DNA from: Puccinia triticina
Taxonomy: Eukaryota
Direction of reading: 5' to 3'
Length of the DNA: 64,000 nt
NCBI GenBank assembly: GCA_026914245.1
Contig: CP110439.1
Span: 7,130,001-7,194,000 of the forward strand
Made by a program: the position numbers and the translations under genes. Below, in pieces: positions 1-13,620 of this stretch. Within the stretch, counting starts at the first letter, position 1. The number at the start of each line of letters is the position of its first letter. The notes under the pieces were generated by a model, which saw only the letters and a program-made list of their open reading frames with translations, did not search any database and was not told the DNA's origin.

Positions 1-229
1 CTGGGGGGCTGGTTGGTAGTTGAACCACATATATCATATATGATATCACAATATCCACACTGATCACCACCGGGGGCCCGCCGGGCGCCCAACGGGCTAC
101 CCAGACCCGCCCAATTTCTGCAACAGGTCTGGTGGGCTGGGCCAACTTTGGAAAGCTCCCCTGTATGCCGGCCCAAACCCAGACGGGTTCAGGTGGCCTG
201 TTGGCCGGCCCGCCCAATAGCCATGCCTA
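1..229. mobile_element. Probable terminal fragment of a hAT-like DNA transposon
   Basis: GC-rich GCCCG/GACCCG subterminal-type repeats end in ...GCCATGCCTA (reverse complement TAGGCATGGC, a hAT-like terminus). The partner end is not in the window. Confidence 0.35.
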
Positions 230-844
230 GTTACAAGCATCTTCAGGAGATGTTTTTCATGAGCAAAAATAGCATGTCATCCTATGCAATTGTCTTCCTG
301 CCAAACTCCATGTTCAGGTTTGCTGTATTGAGAAGCTTGAGTAGATGCGTAAACAATTTGTGACAAACTATGAAGTAGTTTAGGTCTGCCTCAGCAACTA
401 AATTTCCATGAGAATGTTTGAGGATGCTCAATGGAATGCAGTACCATTCTTACACTGTTGATTCTTGTACCTTCCCAAATTGAAATGATTTCATGGAATC
501 ACCTCCAATTGGAAAGTGTTGAATGTACTTTTTGGGATTTCAAAATTTCATGGCATTGACAAGTAGCCATGACAACCTCTCTGAATCCTTGATGTTCTAA
601 AATTTATTATCCTCTCACCTAGGACGTCACAACAGTTCCAATTTTGGATAAATTATTGTGGAGTGTCCAGTATTACCAATGGCCGGTGCTGTATGACTTC
701 TGGAAAAGCATATGATAACTCAAACCTTGCAGCACCAGAAGCTGGGTGTGATTTTTGATGCGGGAAATCAACTCTTGGGCTGTATGGACCAGCCACATAA
801 GATGGCCTCAAGGCTTTTGGTGACTGCAGATATGTCAATACAGA

Positions 845-3326
845 CACCAGGGGGGAATGTGTGGCACTCTCTAGAGAGTGCCAAGCCGTATGTTTCTTTG
901 GGGAAGCTGATTGATTTCAACTGTGTGAGCATGTGTGATGCAGGCTTCAAATATGTTGAAATTATGTTCAATTAAGGCTGATCATAGATCCACTCCATGG
1001 TGTACACACTGGCAATTCAGTGGAGGGTACCTCCACTTGATGCTTGGTAAACTCTTGGATTCTACACTTACTGGTGTGTATCAGCCATCAAGGTGAGACA
1101 CCCTCCGCTCAATGATTGGGGTGTACAGCCATTGAGTGGAGATACCCTCCAATTTATGACTGTTGGACAACCATTGAGTGGAGGGTGTGTCCACTCAATT
1201 AACATATGCACATTACCAGCTACATATCAAGTGAAGACATACTGCACTTGATGACCAGTGGTGAATGCCATTGAGTGGAGGGATTCTCCACTCAATGACT
1301 GGTGTGTACCGGACATTGAGTGGAGGGGTTCTCCACTAGGTGATTGGTGTCTACCAGCCATTGAGCGGAGACACCCTCCAATTGATGACAGGTCACTGGG
1401 GTGGGAATAACCCGCCTCAATGACCAGCACTACATGGGAGTCATTGTGCCTTACCTTTCCATGTTTGACGGAGAGGTACGTGCTGTACATTGCGCTGGGA
1501 GAGTCCCGGCTCAATGAGCAGTACATACCGTCCATCCGGCTGCGCTTTTCCGAGCAAGGTGGCTAGTATATATGCCTACCATGCTCGGAAAGGTTGGCTT
1601 GATGACCAGAATGTGCTGGTCATCAGGCTAAGGCTTCCCTGGCTTGATGACCAGGTGCTGGCCATTGTCTTTGAGTTCGGAGACGCCGCAGATTGATTCC
1701 TGGGGCATTATAGCCATCAAGCGCGGCCTCTCCCCACTCGATGAACAGTTTGTGCTGGCCATCAAGTTTGAGGAGGCCTAGATCGATGACCGGAACATAC
1801 TGGTCATTGATCTTGGGTTTTCCGAGCTCTGTAGGCAGCACATACTGGTCATGGGGGCTGGGAAAGCCAGGCTTAATGACCAGTATGTGTTTTACTGTTG
1901 AGGGTGGGGGCTTTCCCAGCTCGATGATAGCAAGCAGGGCTTGGTGAGTCTGGGTACATCGGCACCTTGCAAATGTCCTCCCTGATGTTTGGCCGAACAT
2001 GACGGTGGACATTGCAGAAAAAAACCAACACTCCCCGGGGGCACACGGGGATGCAGGGCTGATCTCTGTCGTCCCTCCGCAGCTGCTGTTGACTTATACC
2101 CACCTTGAAACTCCCTAATTTTTTTTGGTGCTTCTCACCACATGTACATGGGTGCAAATGCTCCTCCTCCAATGTGAATTATGTTGATTGATCTGGTTAA
2201 AGCAGGTACTACTACAAAGTGCATCAGTGTTATCTAAGAACTTGGCAACTACGTACCATGTCATAATAGCAATCAACACCATGTTATTGCACAATGCCCA
2301 TCAACATGATGGTACCTGTGATGAAAGCATGCTACCTGTAGGAACAAATTGGCGGAAAATTTCAGGGAAAAGATGTGAAGATACTCAATCTACAAGACAA
2401 AAGGTTTTACCAATGCTGGGATATGCATGGGCATTTCAGAATTCACTGTTCACCTTGGATTTCTCAGACCAGTTTCTGAAATTTTTTGCCTGCTGGTTCC
2501 AGGATCCCTGAAATATTGATGAACCTGTTGATATCCACCAATCTACCCACCTTCTCTTGAGAAACTTGATTAATTTCACAACTAGCCACATTTTTTAGTC
2601 AGGTGGCGGTAAAACTACAAAAATTTTGCAATGTGTATTCTCATATGCCAGGTGTAGTACAAAAATAACAGCTGATGACACTTCAAACTTTACCTTTTAT
2701 GAGTATTCCATCCTTTGTTAAACATGGTAGGGAAAACAGCCCCTGTTATTGTTCACATTTCATGGCATTGCAATGTGGAAAGTTATAAGTTACACAGCTT
2801 TTCCCAGCTTTGGCACTGTTTGATACTCAAAGAATAGAAATTTGGTTTTAACATCACTTACCTCCCAATTTGTTACAGGAATAGGCATGACAGAAACATG
2901 CCGGAAGGATTCATCTACCACTTGGTTGAGAATTTGGAGTTGCTAAATTTTACAATTTTTTTTCCACAATCTCATTTTACATGTGTTTTGAATGAAAGAA
3001 ATCAGCTCTCCAAAATATTCCTTGTCACTTAGTCAAGGATATTTTTAGCATAAGTATAGTCAAATGCTTGGCAACACATCTTGTGCATTGAAGTTAATAT
3101 CCAGAATGTGATCCAGATTGACCAGAAAAACAATTTCACAAGAGAGATTTTCATGTGTTGGCGTTGAGGGAGATCAGTTGGAAACAACTTCACCTAAAGT
3201 TACGCTTGGATTGAGAAGAAAGTTGAGCAAAGGGTTACAGTTGAAATTGAAATCACATCAGACCATTTGAAGGATAAAATTACGGTCTGGCACTCTCTAG
3301 AGAGTGCCACACATTCCCCCCTGGTG
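845..3326. mobile_element. Non-autonomous CACTA/CMC-like element (CACCA...TGGTG) with 3-bp TSD AGA
   Basis: ~46-bp TIRs CACCAGGGGGGAATGTGTGGCACTCTCTAGAGAGTGCCA at 845 and inverted at 3281-3326. AGA at 842-844 and 3327-3329. No intact transposase. Confidence 0.85.
985..1950. repeat. Degenerate tandem array of ~40-45-bp palindromic units inside the CACCA element
   Basis: Repeated units such as CCACTCAATGACTGGTGTGTACCGGACATTGAGTGG and GCTTGATGACCAGAATGTGCTGGTCATCAGGC. Confidence 0.75.
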
Positions 3327-3992
3327 AGAAAAGGAGACTACTGTTAACCAGATGTATATCTGTTGAAATCTCCTTCTCTTGGGTGCGCTACCAACAGCGC
3401 ACTGATTTGCGCATCACTCGGGGTCCCCGATTCCTCTCATTTCCGTTCTCTCCTCCATTCTTTCTCTCCTCAAACTTCCCCCCAAAACTCCCTGAAACAC
3501 CTTCATCAACCAGTCTCACCAGCTCCGCCGTGTCATTCCTGAAACCTTCTTGCAACCACAAGCTGGCCGACTGAAGCAATTCTTGACATCACTCACCATT
3601 CCCATCCTCAAGTTTCCGATCCGCCTTCGCATCCTCCCATCCACTCTACTCTACATCCTTTCTCTCTTTTCAATCATCATCCGATCTCATCGCTTTCGAC
3701 CCAATCTCGGTCACACCTCAAGCTCAAATCCTCTGATTCTAGTGGCTCCGACCCACTCTCTAGACCTCATCAATTGGATCTTTCCAATTTGGTGAGAAAC
3801 AACACTATCCTACCTTTGTCAATAAACTCCGGTTGTCAACTTACTCACCATCTGAACCTCCCTTCTTGTTCTTTCTTTTCAGTGTCTACTATATCTCTTT
3901 GTTTGATCTTATCTATCTTAGTCTTTCCGTGCTTGTCCCCTCAAAAACTCACTCTCACCGTGGTATGCTCACCTTCTCTTTGAATACAGTTA

Positions 3993-4149
3993 TGGTATTC
4001 AAAATTGCATAAGATTTTTTTACATAAAATCATAAACTGCAATTTTGGCTGGGAGATGTCACTTTAAGTTTTATGCACGTTGACATCTCCCAGCCAAAAT
4101 GGGCTTTATGATTTTATGTAAACAGTGGCATATGCAATTTTGAATACCA
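3993..4149. mobile_element. Tc1/mariner-type MITE (fold-back), TA TSD
   Basis: TGGTATTCAAAATTGCAT...ATGCAATTTTGAATACCA with inner inverted arms (TTTTGGCTGGGAGATGTCA/TGACATCTCCCAGCCAAAA). TA on both sides. Confidence 0.8.
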
Positions 4150-5310
4150 TAAGTCTATCGTGCTACTATTCAACAATTCTTGATATCTAACTTGTTTTTC
4201 ATTTCAGTTCTGGTTCTAGTTTCAATAATAAAACCTGTTTTTCTACAATATCAACAGTTCTCAGATTCACAGAATTGCAAATTGTGTTTGATATTTGCCT
4301 CAGCTCCACGAGGCATTTCAAATTTCAATCAACTTTGTTTAAAGTAATTGTTCAAGCCGTTTGCAAACCTCTTGAGAGGAGTACCTCAGGTGAGCAGTAC
4401 TCACATACACTCACCAGAAAGCTCATAATGAATATTAATATTCATTATTTTCTGAAAAGCTGTGACAGTTTGCCTTCAAAACATAGACTGCAAGAATCCT
4501 TGGGCAGTTGTATGAGGCAGTGACACAAGCAATGTCATTGCTCATAACCTAGAAAATTTATTATTTTTAGACTCCTTGTCAGTTTCAGATCTTCATAGCT
4601 CAGTCTGTTGGAAAGTTTATTAAATTTTCTTCCCTCTACAGACAACCCAACTCCAAAGATCAAATACACCAAATCAAAAAAGCCGTCAACTATTTCCAAC
4701 ATTATTGTAAGTAGCATGACATTTCATCACTTGTAAGATTTTTGAGCGCTCATCACCCGCTTTCTTACCAAACACAGATCAACAAGTCTTGCAGACCGTA
4801 TTAGCTTGCCACTATCTGACAAGGTCAGACACAGACAAGAAAAGAACTAGATTCCTGTAATGTTCTTTTCTTTAAAACATGATATCACATTGTTACTCAT
4901 CAGAACAATTTGAACTGCAAATTGAACAATCAATTAATCTTTTTCATTCATAACAGATAAAATTCCTTCAACTAGGTTTACTCTGTTCACTGTATAAGAT
5001 CAACTTAAAGGTTTCAATAATCAACAGAAGGTTTAAAATCTGCCTTCAGGTAAAACTTGGTCATACATTTTCAACATGATTCAAATTTGTATTCTTTTGT
5101 TTGATTACTCATTAAGCAATATAATCTTCAGTTTTAAAATTCTCTCAGATCTGGGTTGGGCCTGAAGCACCAAAAACCGTGGTCAGACAGCCAAAAACAG
5201 CTCAGCTGGGTTTCAGGCTGCTAAGACTTGAAATTAGAGCAGGGGATCTTGTGCTTGTTACTTGATTCCTGGGATCTGAATGAAAGGGTTTTTGGTTGGT
5301 TGGCCGGTCA

Positions 5311-6060
5311 TTATATCAACAATGGGCCTTTACTATACAGATATTGGTATAGTATTGTTATTGTATTTTGTTTTGGTCCAATAACAGTACTGTTATTTCC
5401 ATTTTCAATAATGGATTTTTAATATTATATCCAATTACATGGGTATTTTTTCTTTTTGGAGAATACTATATCCAAATGAAGGAAGAAACCAAAAAAATCT
5501 CAATACTCTACTGGCCAGATGTGGCCAGTACCACTACTTTGTAGAGATGAAAATCTATCTATTTATTGGGCTTGGGGATCAGAGCACCAAAGCCTTTGCG
5601 GCCTCAGCAAAGTCCCCTGAGAGGGAAAAATCCTCACAAAGCCACACAAGGCTGCTGACCAATTGTGAAATATTTCAAGGGAACAAACCACCACATCTGG
5701 AGCCACACACATCTGCAGCCGCATAGAACAAGAGCTACCCAGTGTTCCTAAATAAGCCTGTGCTATTACCACAAGGACCAGGTAAGTGGAATGGTGTGCC
5801 TGCACAATCATCAGGAGCCCAAATTTCATTGCCTTATGTTTACACCTGGTTAAGTGCATTATCACGGTAACCAGGGGCAAAAAAAGTTACTATACCTGTA
5901 TTTTTTGTTTCAGAAAAAAAAAACAGAATACTATACAGGCCACGTGGACCAATGGCCAATACTAGTACAGTTATTAGTATAGGTGGGTACAACCAGACCT
6001 ATACTATAACAGAAAGGCCTGGTTATTGTAGAGTATAGTATAGGCCCATTATTGATTATA
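5311..6060. mobile_element. Degenerate TIR element (possibly Tc1/mariner MITE)
   Basis: TATATCAACAATGGGCCTTTACTATAC near 5311 is an imperfect inverted copy of GTATAGTATAGGCCCATTATTGATTATATA near 6033-6062. Ends are approximate. Confidence 0.5.
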
Positions 6061-8267
6061 TAAAAAAAACTACAATAAATAGTTTTGTTTCCCATTATAT
6101 GCTCTACATATCTCAACTTTTTCCCCAGAAGATATCCAATTTCCTTCCAAGTCAACCAACTCACTAGAGTTTTTGGGTACTTCCTGCAAACAACCCTCCT
6201 GTGCCCCGCTGTGGTAACCCTGTTCCTGTTCATACCACCACTTTCATATCACATAAACCCTTCCAAGATATCCCATTATTACTTCATATTCAGATTCTAC
6301 ACCCTATTATACCCCTAGTCACCCACTCATTTCACCTAGGATTTCCAAATGGAGCAGCAGTTATGGGCATTCATAGTTTTGGCAGGTATTTTCTTCATAC
6401 ATATCTTTAGCATTATTACATACATCATTCATTAGTATCATAGCTACATAGGACTGCAGATTATACCATAGTTTCATTACATATTTTTCCCTTCATATGA
6501 TATTATTATCAGCAGTACATTCCTTCATAGTTCTTGTAGCTATTACCAAATGCTCATCTTCATTATGTACATTCCTTGGACCTTATATCTGTTACTTCTG
6601 CTCATCATTCTTGTCAGATTACAGCACCTGCAGCGCAAGGCGCAAAGAGGCGCAGGGAAGATTCTAGCTTTGATGCACTGCCTTGTAAGCCCCAGAGTTT
6701 CATCTCTCTAGAAACAGGCACCAGTTTCTAACCCCATCGTTTCATTGCCTCTACAACAGGTGAAACAAGCAACAAGACTCCTAGGGTGCAATACAAGACC
6801 AAGAACTCCAGCAACATCAGAGCAGACACAGATTCCAATTCTTCCAATCTGTGAGTATTTAAGAGACAGCCACAAGCTGGAAGGCAAAGACAGTTAATCA
6901 TTTGTCACTCGCCTTCATAGATACCTCTTTCAAAGAATATCAAATAGCCCAAACAACTTAAGTACTTGCATAAGTTCACTGAACTATGAGTAAGTCATTT
7001 AGCCACAGCTAACCGGCAATAGCAGGCACTAGGAATAGTAGCCAATCCAGATTTTGTACATTATCCAGATCCAACAGGATTGACTTGTTGCTTTCATAGC
7101 TTTAGGATGTTAACACCAGTGTGCAGAATAGAAGAGGTACTCCCTCTCAGCCTAGTTAGATGTGTAATCATGATCAAAAAACTAACGTGTTGCAACAGAA
7201 ATTTGTCATTTCTCTCTCTCTCTCTCTTATCTTGCCAATCCCTCCCCTTTACAGACCTCACAGTCCACTCTCATAACCTCAGAAATAAAAGATAGCATGG
7301 CAAGTTTGCCTGCTCTTAGGTGATTACGATGTCCATAGATTCACTTTCATTCAAATTGTTCCCCCAATCATTCCTTTTATTCTCTAATTCACATAGCTTC
7401 ATGCAGTCAAGCCAATTTGTAATCACCAAAATACATCTCTTAGTTGTCCAAATTTTTACAATTCTTTCATCTTCTACATAGTTACATTTCATATACACTG
7501 CTTGGTCATTGTACCTTCATCATTACTGCTCATCTTCAGATACTGTTACTATGTGCTCATCATGTATTGCCCTCTTGTAGTACTTCTCACATATATAAAC
7601 ACTCCTCTAGATGTTGTATGCCCATCAAGCACTTTCACCCACTGCACTCTGTATGCACCTTCCCCCCCATACACTCTGTAGCACCTTTTCACATCACAAT
7701 TAGATAGCTCTTTCACCCCCATTGAAATATATCTCCCAGCATATATCTCTTTACCTTTACCTCAGAGCCTTGACCCATCTCACAGTGTCTCAAGAGCTTC
7801 TGCTTCCCCCCCCCCCCCCCCCCATCTCACTTCTCCTCTCTCACTCAGTAGGATTGGTCCACCTCAAACTCATAAGTGTTCAAGTCATCTAAGTCAAAGA
7901 GAATCATCAGCCACACCCTTTTTCTTTTTCTTAGTGTAACCCTCCCTCTATCAGCATTAGTCAAGAGGGCAGCCTCACCAGCACCTGTAGCCTCTTCTAC
8001 ATTATTAGTAGTGTAGTTGACTATTTCCCCTCGCAGCTCTTTCCTGATCTTCTGGGAGTTCCACACCGCCCAACCAGGCTGGATAGTTGGGTATACCAAA
8101 GTGGCCTTGGGCCAGGGCCCAGCCCTAGTTATACATGATCAATCATTGGGTTTATAATGTGCAACCCCAAGTTTGCCCCTTGTCTCCACCAAATATCTAG
8201 ACCCCCTGGGTGTGGTGCGTTTTAAATCTGACAATTTATAGGATGTAAAATGGTGTCCAAACAGGGC

Positions 8268-8483
8268 TAGAGCTGGCACTTTTGCACCCACTGGCAGGTA
8301 CCTGCCCCCCTTCAGCAGGTGACTGTGTCCCTTGCAGGTAACCAAGGTAGGTTCAGGGTGTTGCATTTTATCAAAAATTAAAGGAAGTAGCTCCCCACCA
8401 GCCCTGGGTATCTTCAAGGACACACAGGTACCTGCTAAAGGGGGGGCGGGTACCCGCCAGCGGGTGCAAAAGTGCCAGCTCCA
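8268..8483. mobile_element. hAT-type MITE with 8-bp TSD AACAGGGC
   Basis: TIRs TAGAGCTGGCACTTTTGCACCC.../...GGGTGCAAAAGTGCCAGCTCCA. AACAGGGC at 8260-8267 and 8484-8491. Confidence 0.85.
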
Positions 8484-9614
8484 AACAGGGCTCAAATAAA
8501 AAAAAAACAAGCCATTAGTAATATGGTGCCTGATCTCCCTTTCAGGCAGGGCAAACACCTGAGGTGAGTAGCATTTGGCTGGTTGCAAAGAGACCCCAAC
8601 TGGAGGGAGGGACGTTCATACTAACACAGTTTTCTTGTGTGAGCCAAATCCCAGGTTTGGAGGGGGGGGGGGAGCAGCCTTGTCTCCATCACTGCACCTC
8701 CAATACCTTGAATATCCATTCAGTGTGTTGTAATGTCATACATCTACATGTTCTTGATCTTTCAGTATTTTGTTTACTACAGAATCTTGATTGGAGTGAG
8801 TGGAAGAGAAATATTGAAGTTCAAGAATTTGGACTTTTATTTGGCTTGGACCTCCTATGCCCAGGACCGGGTGCAGGGATACTGCTTCTTTGAGTTTCAG
8901 ATCCAAGGGGGCAAGAATACAACAATGAAAAATAGTGGAAGCTGTCAGAAAAACAAGATGAGTGGCCTAGAAGCAGGGCAAGCAAGAATGGTGTGTATAT
9001 CTGATGGGAGCTTTGTGCTTTGGCATGTAAGCCTCTTTCTTGGTGAGGGGCACAGGGTTCACAGCCAGAGTCTTGAGACACAGGGAGCTGTTGGCACTAC
9101 AAGGCAATGTGGGTTGTATCCAGTGAGGAAAGAACTTGAGGATCTGAGGCACTAGATCCAACACCCAACTCTTGACTAGATACATGGATATTGATCAGCA
9201 TTGGGACTGGGCTGTGGCTTATTGAAGCTTGTGATGGGTGGTTCTAAGCAGAATGGATTTGGTGGATGGTCTCCAACTCAGCTGGCTTTCATACATGTTT
9301 GATGGCTCCCCGTGGAGGTTTCATGAAAGCCTATTATACACTGCAGGAACAAGCCAAGCAGCTGCCAGCAGTTGGCATGCACAAACTCCTGTGGTACTAC
9401 ACCACCAGCCTTTGTTGAGGCTGACTGGTGGCCAAGCTTCAATGGGCAGTGCAGCTGCGAGCAGTTGGTTGATTTTTTCATTGCAGTGTGGATGTGTTCA
9501 GTTTGGATGTGTTTGATGTGTTGTGTTGTTTGAGTAGGGTGGGAGATGGGCTGCTGTTCGCACGCTGGAGTTGCGCCCAGCCAACTTCCACCGCCTTACT
9601 CCTCCATCCGCACC

Positions 9615-12600
9615 ATGCACCGCCCCAGCTCATCGGCCGGCAGTGGACGGCCAGCCAGCAGCCAGTGGCAGATCACCGTCCAGCAACGAAACATCAAGCA
9701 GAAGACGAACAAGGTGAGCCAGAACACGAAACGAAAAAACTGAAACTGAAACTGAAAAAAACGAAGAAAAAAACGGAAAACAGATCCGAGAACCGTCGTT
9801 CACCCTCTTTGTCAGCACCCCCACGGCCCACCTGACCCTGGCAAGGACACTCGACGAGCTGCAGGCATTCGACAGAACGGTCAGCAGCCACCAAAAACCA
9901 CACCCTGAACCACACTGAACACTAACAAGAACACAAACAAACAAACAAACAAACAAACAGCTCCGGGCATCCTATCCAGACGCATTCAGCCACCTCAGCC
10001 AGCCACCCATCCTCAGCCCCATGGCCAGCAGCAACAACAACAACAACAACAACAACAACCGATTCACCCGAAACCCATCCAACACCTCATCCGCAACACT
10101 CATCCCCCCAGCAAACAAGACCAAAACCAAACACATGTTCTCCTCCATCTCACGCACCCTCTCCAAACCATCCCCACGGAAAAACCACCGATCACCCCTC
10201 GCCCTGCCCACCCCGCCCCAGTCGCCCAGCCGGAACCCCGCCGAGCAGCCCAGCGAGCCGAGCGACGAGGACGACTTCGTCGACGTCAAGCTCTCCGAGT
10301 CCGAGAAGCAGTACGTCAGCCAGATCGAGATCGGCCACGAGCACCAGCTCGGCCACTACCTCACCACCCTCGCCCACCGCCCCCTCCCCCCCACCCGCCG
10401 CGAATCGACCGCCGGCACCGCCAAACAGCGCATCTCCCGCATCCTCCGCGACGCCAAGGAGTGGCAGGCCTTCTTCAAGATCGGCAAGGACGACCTCGAG
10501 CGCGAACGCAAGCTGCCCAAGCGCGACTCCCACTCGCTGGCCTCGAGCCTCAACGGCCCTCCCGCCGCCGCCGCCGCCTCCCTGGCCGGGAAGGGCTCGG
10601 CGGCCGACGAGCCGGGGGCCGACGAGAGTCTGGCGGGCCAGATGAAGCGGGTCAAGTCCGAGCAGATCGTCGTCTACACCGCCCCGGCGCCGCCCGAGAG
10701 CTCGTCCCCGAGACTGCTGCTCGAGCCCTCCCCGCCGCTCCCGCTCAGCCCGACCGTCGAGGAGGCCGCCAGCATCCGCACCCGCAAGTCCCTGGAGGAG
10801 GCGCTCGGGCTCAGCCCGGCGGACGCCGAGGCCATCAACCGGCTCACGCGCACCTTCGACGACGAGCAAGTCCTCCACCAGCTCGCCGACCCGGAGCCCC
10901 CCCACCCAGAAGAAGTGGCGCCCGCCGGCCTCGCCGAAAGCCCCGCCGTCGTCCCCCCGCCCGCCGAAAGCCCCCCCGCCCGCAGACCCCGCCACAAGGT
11001 CACCGTCGCCGACTTCGAGATCATGCGCGTGCTCGGAAAGGGCTGCGCAGGCAAAGTGCTCATGGTCCGCTACCGCAGACCCGCCGCCGCCTCCAGCCAG
11101 GTCTACGCCATGAAGTCCATCAAGAAGAACCACGTCCTCAGCCACAGAGAGCTCCAGCACACCCTCACCGAGCAGAGCGTCCTCCGCCGCGTCGCCGACG
11201 AGCCCGAGAGCAACCCGTTCATCGTCCGCCTCTGGTGGAGCTTCCATGTGAGTCGTCTCCCTCCCCCTCCCCCACATCTCCCTGAAACTGAAAGGATGGG
11301 CACGGAACAGGACAAGGACCATCTGTTCCTGGTGATGGACTTTCATCCGGGCGGCGACCTGGCCACCCAACTGGCCCGCTGGGGCCGGCTGGGCCGAGAC
11401 CGGGCGCGGTTCTATGCCGCCGAGATCACCGAGGGCGTCGCATCGCTGCACCGCTCCGGGGTGATCTACCGCGACCTGAAGCCCGAGAACATCCTCATCG
11501 CCTTCGACGGCCACATCGTGCTTACCGACTTCGGCCTCTCCAAGCAGTTCCAGCGCGCCGTCCAAGACCAAGCCGGCGGAGAGGACGAGGACGAACGGAC
11601 ACTCACGTTCTGCGGGACGGCCGAGTACCTTGCGCCCGAGGTCTTGCTCGGCGAGCCCTACAGCTACGAGGTCGATTGGTGGTCCTTCGGCACCATGCTG
11701 TCAGTCCCGTCTCCTTCTTGTTGACCTCGTGCGGAAACTGAGCGGGATGGCCGATCCAGATACGAGATGTTGACCGGGCTGACGCCCTTCTGGTCCGAGG
11801 ACCACGCGACGATGTACCGCCGCGTGCTGCACGAGGAGCTCGTGTTCTCCGAGGACTCCAACCGGGTCATGGACCACGACACCAAGACCCTGCTGCGCGG
11901 CGTGAGTCCCTCTCCCTTCTTCCTCGTGGGTGGTGGTGTTGATCGGGGCGGACCCGTAGCTGTTGCAACGCAACCCGGCGGTCCGGATGACGGGCGAGCG
12001 GATCAAGAAGCATCCGTACTTCGGGATGATCGATTGGGACCAGTTGAGTCGCCGCGCTCCCTCCCTCGCGAGACAGAACTCCCAGCCTGACGCTCTCTCC
12101 CGTGTGTGCAGTGTGCAGCACAAGCGCTACATCCCGCCCTACGTGCCAGCAGTCAACCCGAACGACGCGACAGACACCCAGAACTTCGACGAGACGTTCC
12201 TGGCGATGGAGCCGACGTATGTGCAAGACGACGACCCGCCCGGGCCGGCGCGCCCCTCGGAGTCGAAGGACAAGGCCGAGCAGGACGAGGAGGGCGAGGA
12301 GGGCGAGGGGAAGGTCGTGCCCCAGCGCGCCGTCGACGAGAACGGGCTCGACGTCTTCGACGGGTACAGCTATCTCGCGCCCAGCCATGCCCGCGACTCG
12401 GTGATCCTGGAGGACGAGGAGGACGAGGCCAGCGCCGATGCGGGAGACGCGGCGGGCTCGGCGGACGGCGGCCAGACGCCCTCCGAGCCCGTCTCCCCTC
12501 AGCCCGGCTCGCCTCTGCCCGCCCCCGCCGCCCAGCCCACGACCGTCCTCGTCGTCCCCGGGCCCCCCTCCGACGCCGACGCAGACGCAGCTCCGGCGGA

Positions 12601-13384
12601 CGAGGACGACTGGGACGTCGTTGCGACGCCCGAGCACGGGCAGTCGGACCTCAACGGCCGGCTGAAGTCCGCCAACACCCTCTTCGCGTCAGTCTTCCTT
12701 CCCCCCTCTTTCCCTGCACGGTGCTGATGTTGTGTGTGTTGCGACAGACGCGGCGTGGTGGATAAATACAAGCTCCGGATGCGCAAGGGGAATCATGAGG
12801 CCTCGGCGCCGACGTCGGCGACGGGGTCGCTCCAGCCCGGCCTTGGGCGGCCGTTCGGGAGCAGCAAGTCGAGCTTCATCCGCGCCGCCCAGACGCTTGT
12901 CCCGATGGACGCCGACCCTCCTCCCTCGCTCGCCTCGCTCACGCCCTCGGCCTCGGCCTCCCTCACGCCCTCGGCCTCCCTCACGCCCTCCCTCCCCGCC
13001 TCCGGCCCATCGTCGACATCGAAGCCGAAGAAGCGGTTCGGCCTGCGCGCCCCCTCGGCCAAGAAGCCCGTCGGCCCCCCCGCGGCCGCCGCAGCCGCGC
13101 CGGGCCCGTCGCCTGCCCGCAAGGCCATCCGCGCCCTCGACCTCTCCGCCGTCGTCGCCGCCCAGTTCCTCAAGAAATCCCACACCCCCCCGTCTGCGTC
13201 TGGCTCGCCTGCCCGCCCGTCGCCCAGAGCCGCCTCCAGAGGGGGGTCGCCCGGCCGCGCCATGCCCGAGCCCGAGCCGGGCCCGCCCGCCGCCGCCCTC
13301 GCGCCCCTCGCTGCGCCCGCCCCCGCCCTTAAGGACCCGCTTCTGCTGCCCCCGGAGGCGCCCGGTCCAGAGCCGCTCGCTTAG
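9615..13384 (+). CDS. AGC-family Ser/Thr kinase (SGK/Akt/Ypk-like) with N-terminal PX-like region; 8 exons, ~1102 aa
   Basis: Exons 9615-9713, 9784-9879, 9961-11247, 11311-11699, 11760-11901, 11960-12042, 12112-12687, 12748-13384; all introns GT..AG and frame-consistent. Motifs: GKGCAGKV, AMK, YRDLKPEN, DFG, TFCGTAEYLAPE, turn motif NFDETF, hydrophobic motif FDGYSY. Confidence 0.92.
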
Positions 13385-13429
13385 TGCGGATGGCGTCCAG
13401 GCCCCGCTGCTCTCCGGCTCGCTCATCCA

Positions 13430-13620
13430 CTGCTTCTTCTTTAGTTCTGTCTTCTTTCTCTTTCTCTCTTTCTCTCGTTTGTCTTCTCGTTCAGTCTTCT
13501 CGTTTGTCTTCTCCTTCAGTCTTCTCATTAGTCTTCTCGTTTGTCTTCTCCAGTCTTCTCATTAGTCTTCTCCTCCAGTCTTCTCATTCATCTCCTCATT
13601 TATCAGTCTTCTCCAGTCCC
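13430..13620 (+). repeat. Pyrimidine-rich (GTCTTCTC)n-type minisatellite in the kinase 3' region
   Basis: About ten copies of (A/T)GTCTTCTC at roughly 12-15-bp spacing. Confidence 0.7.

Noticed and set aside
3330..5150. Possible decayed spliced gene or TE ORF (63-82-aa ORFs, splice-like signals on the minus strand)
   Set aside because: No frame-consistent model or recognisable motif could be built.
6240..7850. AT-rich strand-biased tract resembling an old LTR or retroelement remnant
   Set aside because: No paired ends, TSD or coding motif could be identified.
10192..13565. Long antisense and alternate-frame ORFs over the kinase (459, 279, 277, 274, 256 aa)
   Set aside because: Shadow ORFs expected from very high GC3 codon usage; no recognisable domains.
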